A stretch of DNA of 29,751 nucleotides, taken from IMG/VR virus record IMGVR_UViG_3300005764_000062, positions 1 to 29,751 of that record; one strand, 5' to 3'. Shown here in pieces: positions 9,062 to 17,807 of the stretch. Source of the DNA: a virus (taxonomy: Duplodnaviria > Caudoviricetes). The translations under genes and the position numbers were made by a program. The notes under the pieces are model-generated. The model was not told the origin of the DNA and made no database searches. It worked only from the letters and a program-made list of their open reading frames with translations. Every line of letters begins with the position of its first letter. Position 1 is the stretch's first letter.

Positions 9062-10107
9062 GATTGCACCTCCACATGCAGGTAGCCGCCTGCGGGCGCG
9101 AGCACCTGCAGCTCGCCCACGGGCGTGTTGCCGCCGGGATACGTAGAGCGATAGATGCGCGGCGGACTAGTTGGGGTGAGCTCGTAAGCGTAGTTGTCCT
9201 GGGTGAGGGGGCCGCCGAGCGAGGAAGCGCCTCCCACCAGGATCGAGCCGGCGTTGGTGGTGTCGGCGGCGATGAGGAACTCTACCGCGGTGCCGGGGCA
9301 ATTGGGCGAGAGCTGCTGCTGAATGAGCGCGAGCAGGTTCGAGACCGCGCCCGCGGGAACAAAGACCGATCCGGGAACGTAGGGAGCGGGAATCTGCGGG
9401 ACGGCCGGGTTCGCCGCCAGCGGCAGCCGCGGCAGGAACGCCGGCGGCGCCCGCCGCACCGGCGGCTCGCCCCCGTCTCCTCCGGCCTCACTCACGCCGT
9501 TACCTCCCCCAGAAGAAGACGTGGCGTTGCCGGAGGAGGCGGAAAACCTGGGGGCGCGGATGCGCGCCGCAAGCGCCTCTCCGATGCGCGCGGGAAGCTC
9601 ATCGAGCCCGCGCACTAGTTCTGTGATTTGCGGTAGTTCAGTGATTGGCGGGCGCTCCGGCGTCTGGACCAGGCGCGCGACCGACTCCAGCCGCTCGCTG
9701 ATCTGGACCGCGATCCGCTCCAAATCGGCGACTAGTTCCGGCGGAGGGCCGGGCGGCCCCATCTGTAAAATCGCCTCCAGGCGGTCGGTGATGCGATCGA
9801 GACTAGTCGCCAGCTGCACGGTCCAGCTCCGCGATTCCGAGGCGATCTGCACGACTTCGGCCATGCGGATATCCGGCCTCGGCGCGGCTTCAATGAATCG
9901 GGTGAACGAGCGTTCGAAGATGGGCATAAGGCCGCGCTCGATCTGTCCGGGCAGCTCGGCCAGGCCCTGGACGACGATCGGCGCGGGCGCCGGCTCCGGA
10001 GCGTGATGGCCGTTACCGTTGCCGTTTTTGCGGTAGAGCACCAACGCCCATGCGCCGGCCCCCATCCCAACTATGCTCGTTGCTCCTAGCAAAACGTTCA
10101 GGTCCAT
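9058..10107 (-). CDS. Membrane-anchored coiled-coil protein with C-terminal beta domain
   Basis: N-terminal hydrophobic helix, helical middle, Gly/Ser/Pro linker, compact C-terminal domain; AAGGAG upstream. Confidence 0.7.
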   Translation of the reverse strand: MDLNVLLGATSIVGMGAGAWALVLYRKNGNGNGHHAPEPAPAPIVVQGLAELPGQIERGLMPIFERSFTRFIEAAPRPDIRMAEVVQIASESRSWTVQLATSLDRITDRLEAILQMGPPGPPPELVADLERIAVQISERLESVARLVQTPERPPITELPQITELVRGLDELPARIGEALAARIRAPRFSASSGNATSSSGGGNGVSEAGGDGGEPPVRRAPPAFLPRLPLAANPAVPQIPAPYVPGSVFVPAGAVSNLLALIQQQLSPNCPGTAVEFLIAADTTNAGSILVGGASSLGGPLTQDNYAYELTPTSPPRIYRSTYPGGNTPVGELQVLAPAGGYLHVEVQS

Positions 10108-10133
10108 AAACTAGGCCTGCTCCTTGCGTTCTA

Positions 10134-10490
10134 TTATGGCCCCGGCACGACGCCATTGATCACCAGGAACCAGTCGCGGGTGGTCGAATTGGGATTGAGA
10201 CGCGATTGAAACACCTGGCCGGTGTCGGTTTCGAAATATAGAGCGCCGTCCGGCACCGCTTGCGCGCTCAATCCTCCGTTCACCTGCGTGCGCTCCTGAT
10301 TGGTCCCGTACTGAACCAGGTTGCGGACCGTGGTTTCGAGCTGGGCGAGCGTATCGCGCAGCGAGTAGATCAGCGAAAAGCTCTGCTGCAGGCCGTTGAT
10401 GGCGGTGCGCGGCAGGCCCGAGCCCTTGAGATTGGGGAACCAGCTGCTCGGGGGCTGCGAAGACTGGCCGGGGATCGGTGTGGTGCTCAT
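10134..10490 (-). CDS. Tail-associated hypothetical protein
   Basis: Short coiled coil plus GALYFETDTG motif seen in tail-appendage domains. Confidence 0.6.
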   Translation of the reverse strand: MSTTPIPGQSSQPPSSWFPNLKGSGLPRTAINGLQQSFSLIYSLRDTLAQLETTVRNLVQYGTNQERTQVNGGLSAQAVPDGALYFETDTGQVFQSRLNPNSTTRDWFLVINGVVPGP

Positions 10491-10624
10491 CGCCCGCTCA
10501 CCCTCGCCTTGACTTCGTCAAGCGTGCGCTCCACGCGGCGGTTTCGGATCTGGTCGAGGATCCACTTGAGGATGATCAGAAGGATCAGCGGCAGATCGAT
10601 TTCGACAATGTCCAGAATACTCAT
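10487..10624 (-). CDS. Single-TM micro-protein (45 aa)
   Basis: MSILDIVEIDLPLILLIILKWILDQIRNRRVERTLDEVKARVSGR*; GGGAG RBS; ATGA overlap with the next gene. Confidence 0.65.
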   Translation of the reverse strand: MSILDIVEIDLPLILLIILKWILDQIRNRRVERTLDEVKARVSGR

Positions 10625-10653
10625 ATACGAGCTCCCATGCTACAACTCAACAA

Positions 10654-11085
10654 ATGCAGGAAATCTGGAAAGCCATCGAAGGCTTGAACGGATTCTACGA
10701 AGCGTCCAATTTGGGACGAGTGCGCAGGAGCAAACCCGGCCATAAGACGCACGTAGGGAAAATAATCAAACCGCATCTCGATAGGAAGGGCTATCTGCGC
10801 GTAGTTTTGTGCATTAATGGAAAGCAAAAGACCATCAGGATACATATCCTGGTTTGCACGGCGTTCCATGGTCCGCGCCCCGCCGGAAGGCAGGTCCACC
10901 ACAAAGATGCCAACAAGCAAAATAATCATGAAGATAATCTGCGATGGGTCACTGGAAGCCAGAACGTATTCTTCGGCTTTTGTGCCGGAGCCATTAAGCC
11001 GCCTATTCCACCAGTCTGGAAATACAAAAGGGGATATCATGGCCGTTTTATCCCATCAAATTCTCGCCCCGCCATTAGTTCGTGA
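10654..11085 (+). CDS. NUMOD4 + HNH homing endonuclease
   Basis: EIWKAIEG..GFYEASNLGRVR (NUMOD4); HILVCTAF...VHHKDANKQNNHEDNLRWVT (HNH); lower GC; antisense to the operon. Confidence 0.92.
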   Translation: MQEIWKAIEGLNGFYEASNLGRVRRSKPGHKTHVGKIIKPHLDRKGYLRVVLCINGKQKTIRIHILVCTAFHGPRPAGRQVHHKDANKQNNHEDNLRWVTGSQNVFFGFCAGAIKPPIPPVWKYKRGYHGRFIPSNSRPAISS

Positions 11086-14000
11086 CAGCTCGCCGAAGGG
11101 CTGGGCGCTAATATAAGCGCCGGTCGAGCCCCAGGCTTTCACCCGCACCTCGCAATCTTTGATGTACAGGCGGATCAGGCCGCAGCCCTCGACGCGGTAG
11201 TGCCGCCACTTGGCTTTCTGCGGCTTGAGCACGCGATAGCAGCGGGTGTAGACGTTCGGCCCCACGTAGTCGAGCAGGTAGCTCTCGGTTCCGTACTCCG
11301 TCGTAATGTAGAGCGTCGGGGCGCCTGAACCGCCGCGATAGGCGATGTAGCAGTCGCGCATGCTGTGCCAGCCGGGCAGGTCGTGATCGGTCGGCTGCGT
11401 CTGGTAAGTGGCCACCAGCTCGGGCTCGGGCTCCCACACATACCGCGTCTCGTCATTCCAGATGCGGATATCACCGTCGGGCACGATCTGCACCTGCTCG
11501 GCGATGAACGGCTCGCTCGGCGGGTTGTTGCAGGGCGAGAAGCTGAACGCGAAATTGTTCTTGCACAGCGCCGGCGTCTGCACCAAGGGCAGCTTCACCG
11601 AATGGCCGCAATCGCTATTGACGGTGATCGATACTTGCCGTCCACCCGTCTCGGCCGAGAACACGACGCCCTGGAAAAACTTCGCGCCCTGATAGCCCAG
11701 GTTGGTGAAACTAGAAACGTCGGTGGACATCTCCGGCCAGGGGTCGAAGTCGACTTTGACTTCGGCCGGCCAGATGCGGGAGTCGGTGAGGGTCGAAAAC
11801 TGGATGAAGTGCGCCACAAACGGCGCAGGCAGATCCAGCACCTCGCCGGTCTTCTTCAGCTCTTCCGTCGTCTTGGTCCAGGTGTAGTCGGTGTCGGCGT
11901 CGTCGCCCCACAGATGCACCGTGCCCGGCTGGCCGCCGGTCTCCATCGGCATGACGATGCCCCTGATGTACTTCGCGCCGGTCGTTCCCAGGCTCTGGAA
12001 GGGATACTTGCGCGCGACCGCGTCCGGCCAGGGCTCGTAGATCCACTGGATTTTGAACAGCCGCCACAGCACCTCCTGCGGGAAGTTCATCTGCACCTGG
12101 AACTCGTAGCCCGCCACCGGCTCCCAGGCGTAGGGTTTTTCGGTCTGCCCGTCGTGCTGGATATTCACCTGCGCGATCAGATTGCCGTCCACCATTACGT
12201 TGAGAAGAAAAGACGTGTCGCCGGTGTCGGCCTCCAGGTTCATGCCCATGAGATACTTCGCCTGCACCACGCCCTCGTCGCTGCGATCCGTGAAGCGGAA
12301 GGAGATCGACTCCGGCTTGGGAACGATGGCCGGGCTCCACTGGTTGATGGAAGCGGTGAAGGGGCCGTCGCTCGCGATCCAGCGGATGTCCAGACCCATG
12401 GTCTGCTGGATCACGCCGATGCCGTGGGTGGTGACGGTCTGGTCGAAATCGAGCACATGCTGGCGACGAATCCCGGCGATGGAGAACGGCACCTGGTCGA
12501 ATTCCAGTTGCGAACGATGGAAATTGACCAGGGGGATGATGGTGATGAGAGAGTAGGCCGTGCAATCGAACCAGTAGTCCCCGAAGAGCTTATTGGCGCG
12601 GGGATCGCCGAAGTCCTCGGCGCGGGTGACGATGCGGGTTTCGAAGCCGCGGGTGTAGCCGTAGTAGTCGTAGATGATGTCACCCCAGGTGACCTTGAGG
12701 TTGCCGCCGCGCCCCATAGCCCCAGGACTGCCGTCCGGAGTGACGGTGTCGCCCGCGTCCGGGTCGTTGGCCCCGATCTCGACGCCCCGCGCCACCGGCG
12801 CATGCGTGTGCGGGAACGCCTGATCCAGGCTCACCCAGCCCTTCACTTGCACCTCGTCCCAAACTAGCGTCGAGTAGGTCTGCCCATCCTGCGACTGCGC
12901 CACAAAATCGTAGAACAGCATGCCGTGGAACCAACAGGTGCGGTGATATTTGGGCTGGCGGTCGTCGAGATTGCCGACTACTTCCGGATGATCGGTGAGC
13001 GGGTAATTGATGAACGGCATGATGGTCTCGGGCGCGAAGCCGAATTCGCCATCATGGGGAAAGAACGGGTACAGATCGTCGGTCAGGCGGCGCAAGCCGC
13101 CGCCGGCGCTCCAGTCATAGATGCCGTCCTTACCGCGCCAGGTGACCGACTGATCGGCGAAGCCGTTGGACTGCACCGACAGGCTCCATTCCATCCATAC
13201 GCCTTTGGCGCCGGCGATCTCCTGGGTCGTGAACTGACCGAAGACGGTCAACGAGGGGAAGATCTGGAACTGCCGCTCGGTCGACCAGCAGAAGGGCTGG
13301 CCGTCGTAGACGCAGCCGGTCTGCAGTCTCTCGCTGGGGGAGGTGACGATGATGTTGTTGACGATATCGGTCGAGTCCGGGTCGTTGCCGTTGGTCCAGT
13401 AGAGCGTGCCGGGGGCGTTGGGATCGCCGCAGGCGAACAGGTAGGAGCCGGACTGGCCGATGCCATACGGTCCCCACAGATGCGACATGGGCTGTCCGCT
13501 CATCAGCGTCCCCGCGTTGGTGGACCAGTCAACCGGGTCTCCCACCGAGAACGAGCCCTCCAGATTCTCGGCTACGACCAGATTGTTTGGGTCGCCCACC
13601 TCATAAATCGTGTAGGCGGTTCCGACCGCTCCCGATCCCGCGCGGCCGATATAGATGGTGCTGCCCTGCAGCCAGTCCAGGTTGAAAGGGTCTCCAGCAA
13701 TCGTGTTTAAGATCCATTCGCCGTTAGGCATGCGCGCCAGGGCGCCCGAGCCCTTGCGGGCGATGTCCTGGGTCACAAACGGCTGAAACAAATTGAAGCG
13801 GGTCAGCCCGGTGCTGGCGTCGGTCGCCATCGAAGGGCCAGGCGCGGCCAGTAATTGCAGGTCTGGGACGTTGTCAACGAAGACCTCGAAGGCGTGCCCG
13901 CTGCCGACCAGCGCCCAGCGGTTGATGGTGCCGCCGAAGCGATAGACATCGATAACTATATTGGCGTCGGGCTGTCCGGTCTGCGGATCGAGCGGCACGT

Positions 14001-14715
14001 CGGGCAAGGGCATCGAGGCCGATTCATTCACCATGTGCACGCTGATCTTAGAATCCGGGTCATTGGGGTCGCCGCCTAGTTGGTGGCGGGTGGCCGAACT
14101 AGGATTGCTGCGGGCGCCGGTCTGCAGGTTCCGGTAAGCGAAAGCCCACTGATATTGCCCCAGCAGCTTGCCGGCTCCGGCTTTCGTCACGGTGGCGCGA
14201 TTGATCGGCTGGCGCATACCGATCGTCAGGCAGCGCGCCATGGTGTTGTGAGTGTCTCCCGGATAGTAGCCAACCGCGACCATCTGCTTGGAATCGGCGA
14301 TGTACTTCCAGGCGGCGGCGGCCCCGACCGGCTGCGCATCCACGATCGAGAGCGGATTACCGCTGAAGACGTTGTACTGGCCCTTGGGCGTAATCACCGG
14401 ATTCAGACCGCTGTGCAAGGTGGGGTCGTCCCGGAAGACAAGTAGATTCTGATCGCCGCCCACGACGTAGTTGCGCGCCAGGAAGGGATCGAACTGCGGG
14501 TTTTTGATATTGAGGCGGGAGATCGAGTGCAGATACTGGTAACCCGTGGGGCTGAAGGCCTGGGTGTGGCCGTGCGCGCTGCTGATCACGCCCTGCTCCA
14601 GCACGCGCCCGTTCTTGACCCAGGGGATCTGGCCCTCAGGAGTCTTGTCGGGCGGCGCGTTCCAGTTCATGCCCTTGTGCACGAACGGAATCGTCTTGCG
14701 CTCATAATTTGGCAT
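11056..14715 (-). CDS. Large tail nozzle/DNA-stabilisation-like structural protein (1219 aa)
   Basis: Position after adaptors; beta-rich; LYWTNGNDPDS-type propeller motifs; repeated C-terminal modules. Confidence 0.7.
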   Translation of the reverse strand: MPNYERKTIPFVHKGMNWNAPPDKTPEGQIPWVKNGRVLEQGVISSAHGHTQAFSPTGYQYLHSISRLNIKNPQFDPFLARNYVVGGDQNLLVFRDDPTLHSGLNPVITPKGQYNVFSGNPLSIVDAQPVGAAAAWKYIADSKQMVAVGYYPGDTHNTMARCLTIGMRQPINRATVTKAGAGKLLGQYQWAFAYRNLQTGARSNPSSATRHQLGGDPNDPDSKISVHMVNESASMPLPDVPLDPQTGQPDANIVIDVYRFGGTINRWALVGSGHAFEVFVDNVPDLQLLAAPGPSMATDASTGLTRFNLFQPFVTQDIARKGSGALARMPNGEWILNTIAGDPFNLDWLQGSTIYIGRAGSGAVGTAYTIYEVGDPNNLVVAENLEGSFSVGDPVDWSTNAGTLMSGQPMSHLWGPYGIGQSGSYLFACGDPNAPGTLYWTNGNDPDSTDIVNNIIVTSPSERLQTGCVYDGQPFCWSTERQFQIFPSLTVFGQFTTQEIAGAKGVWMEWSLSVQSNGFADQSVTWRGKDGIYDWSAGGGLRRLTDDLYPFFPHDGEFGFAPETIMPFINYPLTDHPEVVGNLDDRQPKYHRTCWFHGMLFYDFVAQSQDGQTYSTLVWDEVQVKGWVSLDQAFPHTHAPVARGVEIGANDPDAGDTVTPDGSPGAMGRGGNLKVTWGDIIYDYYGYTRGFETRIVTRAEDFGDPRANKLFGDYWFDCTAYSLITIIPLVNFHRSQLEFDQVPFSIAGIRRQHVLDFDQTVTTHGIGVIQQTMGLDIRWIASDGPFTASINQWSPAIVPKPESISFRFTDRSDEGVVQAKYLMGMNLEADTGDTSFLLNVMVDGNLIAQVNIQHDGQTEKPYAWEPVAGYEFQVQMNFPQEVLWRLFKIQWIYEPWPDAVARKYPFQSLGTTGAKYIRGIVMPMETGGQPGTVHLWGDDADTDYTWTKTTEELKKTGEVLDLPAPFVAHFIQFSTLTDSRIWPAEVKVDFDPWPEMSTDVSSFTNLGYQGAKFFQGVVFSAETGGRQVSITVNSDCGHSVKLPLVQTPALCKNNFAFSFSPCNNPPSEPFIAEQVQIVPDGDIRIWNDETRYVWEPEPELVATYQTQPTDHDLPGWHSMRDCYIAYRGGSGAPTLYITTEYGTESYLLDYVGPNVYTRCYRVLKPQKAKWRHYRVEGCGLIRLYIKDCEVRVKAWGSTGAYISAQPFGELSRTNGGARI

Positions 14716-15052
14716 GCTCTGTCACCTTTGCTTCCAGCGCGGCCGGGGGCAGATCGCGCAGGATGATATCGCCTATGGTCCAGGCGAAGTCGCAAGCGAT
14801 GAGCGCGACATCATAGCGGCCGTCGGGCGCATAGAAGAACCAGTAGCCGTCGGCGTTGGCCGTGAACGGATTGCCGAGCGGCGTCGGCGGGCTGTAGTTA
14901 TCGGCGTAGATGGTGGCGAGGATATTAGTTCCGGTGAGGTACACGGTCACGACGCCGTAGGGCGCGCTCGCCTGCACCAGCGTGGAAGAGCCATGGCCGG
15001 CGGTGTAGACCGTCTGCGAGCCCTGCTGTACGAACCCCTGCGCGCGTTGCAT
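14702..15052 (-). CDS. Stand-alone tail fibre/spike attachment-domain-like protein
   Basis: VTVYLTGT..LATIYAD...NPFTANADG..FFYAPDGRYDV resembles N-terminal particle-binding domains of tail fibres. Confidence 0.6.
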   Translation of the reverse strand: MQRAQGFVQQGSQTVYTAGHGSSTLVQASAPYGVVTVYLTGTNILATIYADNYSPPTPLGNPFTANADGYWFFYAPDGRYDVALIACDFAWTIGDIILRDLPPAALEAKVTEHAKL

Positions 15053-15054
15053 AG

Positions 15055-16401
15055 CTAGATCCTCGGCACCTCTTGCTGCTGACGGTGCGCGGGCAATTGC
15101 AGCGCGCTGCGGTAGAAGTTCCCTTTGGTGATGCGCGCGTTTTCGAGCGCCGCCGCCAAATAGAAGTTCTGGCGCAGGCGATCGGTGTTATGGAATTCGA
15201 CGCCCGCCATTTTGAACGAGGCCAGGTGCTGCGCGTAATCGAGCAGGGGATTGAGCGCGCCGCGATCCACCTGGATGTAGTCGCCGTCCCCGACCGGCAC
15301 GGGGATGTTCGCGACCACGTCCATGGTCACACTGTAGAGGGCGTTGGGCGAGGGTCCGAAGGCCACCAGGTTGCGGCCCGCCATGCCGGCGAATTGCGGC
15401 GGCCCCGTCTGCGACTGCCAGCTCGCCAGGAACGAATCCATCTCGAACACCGATCCCGACCACACCGGCACGCCGTTGATCTGGGTGCTGATCAGCGTGG
15501 GGTTGATACGGTAGAGCTCCGCGGACTCCTGGTAGCGGCTCTCCGCATACGTGGCGCGGTCCAGATCCCGCATGGGACCGTCGGCGGCGAGCAGGTCGGC
15601 GAGCGCGCCGAACGTCATGCCCCAGATGAAGTCCTCGGGGATGCGCAGCACGGTGGGAGCGCCCACGATCGCCGCCGGGCTGACGCCGATTCCGGGTCCG
15701 CTCTCGACCACCAGGGTTTCGATGCGGCCGGAATTGAGCGGCGGCGGATAAACTTCGAGTCCCACCGGCGGCACGGTGAACTTGCCCCACACCATGGGCG
15801 GATCGCTGGGCCGGAGCGCGCCTGGGTTCAGGAACGCCTGCATGGCGAATTCGTCATCCCGCCACAGGGTCGAATACACGCCCGCGGTGTTGAGCCAGGC
15901 CGCGCGCCGTACGTCGAGCACGCCCTCGGGCAGGAAGATGCGCGGCACCGAAGGCCCGGCTCCGCTGTCCTGAAGATGGCGCGTCACATTAGCGCCGGTG
16001 TCGGTCATCCAGCGGTTGATGCGGTTCTGCAGCGCGTTGACGATCTGCGCGAACTGAAACTGCCCGGTGCCGGTCCAGCCCGCGGTCAGCGGCGGTTCCA
16101 GGAGCGCGGCCAGAACCATGTTCACGATCTGGAAATCGGTGACGAAGAAGCCCAGAATGCCGGAAGGAAAATTAGCCAGATCGTAGAAGGCGCTCCCGCC
16201 CACGCCGGTGTTGGGAGCGATCTGGAAAGTAGCCCGTTGCTTGTAGGTGGTCGTCAGGGCCTGCCAGGTGCGCACGGCCTCGGCGATCAGATCGTTGAGT
16301 TCAGCGGCCGTCCAGTAGACATAACTAGGATCTTCGAGGCGCGCGGCTAGTTCCGTCCGCGCGCCTCCGAGCGTGAGAAAGCTGTAGCCTGGAGCGGCCA
16401 A
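15055..16401 (-). CDS. Head-tail adaptor-like protein (448 aa)
   Basis: TL...RTELAARLED..YWTAAELNDLIAEA start and C-terminal LLDYA..LASFK helices typical of adaptors; TTG start. Confidence 0.65.
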   Translation of the reverse strand: MAAPGYSFLTLGGARTELAARLEDPSYVYWTAAELNDLIAEAVRTWQALTTTYKQRATFQIAPNTGVGGSAFYDLANFPSGILGFFVTDFQIVNMVLAALLEPPLTAGWTGTGQFQFAQIVNALQNRINRWMTDTGANVTRHLQDSGAGPSVPRIFLPEGVLDVRRAAWLNTAGVYSTLWRDDEFAMQAFLNPGALRPSDPPMVWGKFTVPPVGLEVYPPPLNSGRIETLVVESGPGIGVSPAAIVGAPTVLRIPEDFIWGMTFGALADLLAADGPMRDLDRATYAESRYQESAELYRINPTLISTQINGVPVWSGSVFEMDSFLASWQSQTGPPQFAGMAGRNLVAFGPSPNALYSVTMDVVANIPVPVGDGDYIQVDRGALNPLLDYAQHLASFKMAGVEFHNTDRLRQNFYLAAALENARITKGNFYRSALQLPAHRQQQEVPRI

Positions 16402-16405
16402 CTAG

Positions 16406-16981
16406 CTACCATCGCTGCTGCTGCTGGCCGCCGCCGAACGGTTGCGGCTGCTGCCCGCCATGCTGCCCGCCGCCCTGCTGCTGTTGCACAGTGTGCAGAA
16501 TCTGCTGGCACATCTGCTCGATGCGGTGAAGGCACTGCTCGATTTGCTGCTGGCCGCCGCCGTAGCCGCCCTGACCGCTCTGACCGCCCTGACCGCTGCC
16601 CCCGAACGGGCTGCCCTGGCCGCCACCGCCGCCGTAGCCGCCGCCCTGCGGTTGTTGGCCGCCGCCGGGATACTGCTGCCCGCCGCCGCCGCCAAAGCCG
16701 CCCTGTTGACCGCCGCCGAACTGGCCGCCGCCAGTCCCGCCGCCGGGATTGGCGTGGCCGCCGCCGTAGCCGCCGCCGCCGCCGCTCTGCTGCTGTTGTT
16801 GGATCAGTTGATGCACCATTTGCTTAATCTCGTCTAGTTCTTTATCGATTTGCTTTTCGGCCTGCTGGCCCTGTTGGCCGCCCTGCGGTTGCTGGCCAGT
16901 CTGGCCCGGTCGCTGCTGACCAGTCTGGCCAGATTGGGGTTGGGGATTTTGCCCCGTTACGCTTTGCGGTTGTGTCGCCAT
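16406..16981 (-). CDS. Gly/Gln-rich low-complexity protein with two short coiled coils (191 aa)
   Basis: GGAGG RBS before MATQPQ; GGQQ/GGYG tracts around two similar amphipathic helices. Confidence 0.75.
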   Translation of the reverse strand: MATQPQSVTGQNPQPQSGQTGQQRPGQTGQQPQGGQQGQQAEKQIDKELDEIKQMVHQLIQQQQQSGGGGGYGGGHANPGGGTGGGQFGGGQQGGFGGGGGQQYPGGGQQPQGGGYGGGGGQGSPFGGSGQGGQSGQGGYGGGQQQIEQCLHRIEQMCQQILHTVQQQQGGGQHGGQQPQPFGGGQQQQRW

Positions 16982-17012
16982 GAAACCTCCGAAACTAGTA
17001 TTTGCGAAACGT

Positions 17013-17372
17013 CTAAGATTGCCCGAGGTCTTGTTGCTGCTGCTGGCTGGATTGCGCCAGCTTCTGCACCAGCATCTTGAGTTCACTCAGTTTCAGCCGG
17101 ATCTGCAAGGTCGTCGCCTGGCGGGCCTGCTGCTGAGCCGCCAGCCGGCTGGGCGGCGGTGTGCGAGGTTGCTGCTCGGTTTGAGACTGCCCCTTCAATA
17201 CCAGTTGCTGCGTGTTCAGATCGATCCGAACCTGCGCGCCGCTGGGCGGCATTTGCTGATCCAACTGCACGGTGCAGTTGATGTAATTGGGGTCCTCGAT
17301 GAGATCGATCAGGCTGCCCGTGATGGTCACCTGATCGCCAACCGCGATAGAGCGTCCGAATTGATCGATCAT
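17013..17372 (-). CDS. Hypothetical protein, small beta domain plus Gln-rich helix (119 aa)
   Basis: Start MIDQFGRSIAVGDQVTI at 17372, directly after the upstream stop. Confidence 0.65.
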   Translation of the reverse strand: MIDQFGRSIAVGDQVTITGSLIDLIEDPNYINCTVQLDQQMPPSGAQVRIDLNTQQLVLKGQSQTEQQPRTPPPSRLAAQQQARQATTLQIRLKLSELKMLVQKLAQSSQQQQQDLGQS

Positions 17373-17374
17373 AG

Positions 17375-17584
17375 TCAGTACTTCACGATCGAGCCGCCGT
17401 TCATGGGCGAGCGGATCGGTGCGGAATTCCTGGACACGCCTGGCGTGGTGGTATTGGCCGCGATGCTGGGATTGAGATCCAGCTTGTTTTCGCTCTGCGC
17501 CAGGTTGTAGCACATCGGCGTGCGGATGGGGCCGACCTTTCCGGACTCTTTGGCGCCCAGGGACGAATTGATGTTCCTAGCCAT
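17375..17584 (-). CDS. Hypothetical protein (69 aa)
   Basis: GGAGG RBS; internal PIRTPM/PIRSPM repeat. Confidence 0.65.
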   Translation of the reverse strand: MARNINSSLGAKESGKVGPIRTPMCYNLAQSENKLDLNPSIAANTTTPGVSRNSAPIRSPMNGGSIVKY

Positions 17585-17807
17585 GTTTGCCTCCCTTTTC
17601 TTTTTCTTTCTGGTTTTCGTCGTCTTCTTCTTCTTCTTCTTCTTCGTCGTCCCCGTTCTCCTTCGGTTGGGGCTTGGTTTCCGGAGTCTCCGGGGCCGCC
17701 GCCCGCGCCCGCGCCGGAGCCGCTCCGGGAACGGGCAGGAAAGGCGTCGTGCTCTGGTGATGCTGGAATAACATCACGGCTTGCATAGGACTATTAGCCA
17801 TTATCAA
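17577..17807 (-). CDS. Small protein with poly-acidic tract
   Basis: DDEEEEEEEDDE tract; tiles between neighbours with short overlaps. Confidence 0.6.
   Translation of the reverse strand: MIMANSPMQAVMLFQHHQSTTPFLPVPGAAPARARAAAPETPETKPQPKENGDDEEEEEEEDDENQKEKEKGGKHG

Noticed and set aside
17586-17650. (TTC)n tract as a terminator or microsatellite element
   Set aside because: It encodes the poly-Glu/Lys stretch of 17577..17807
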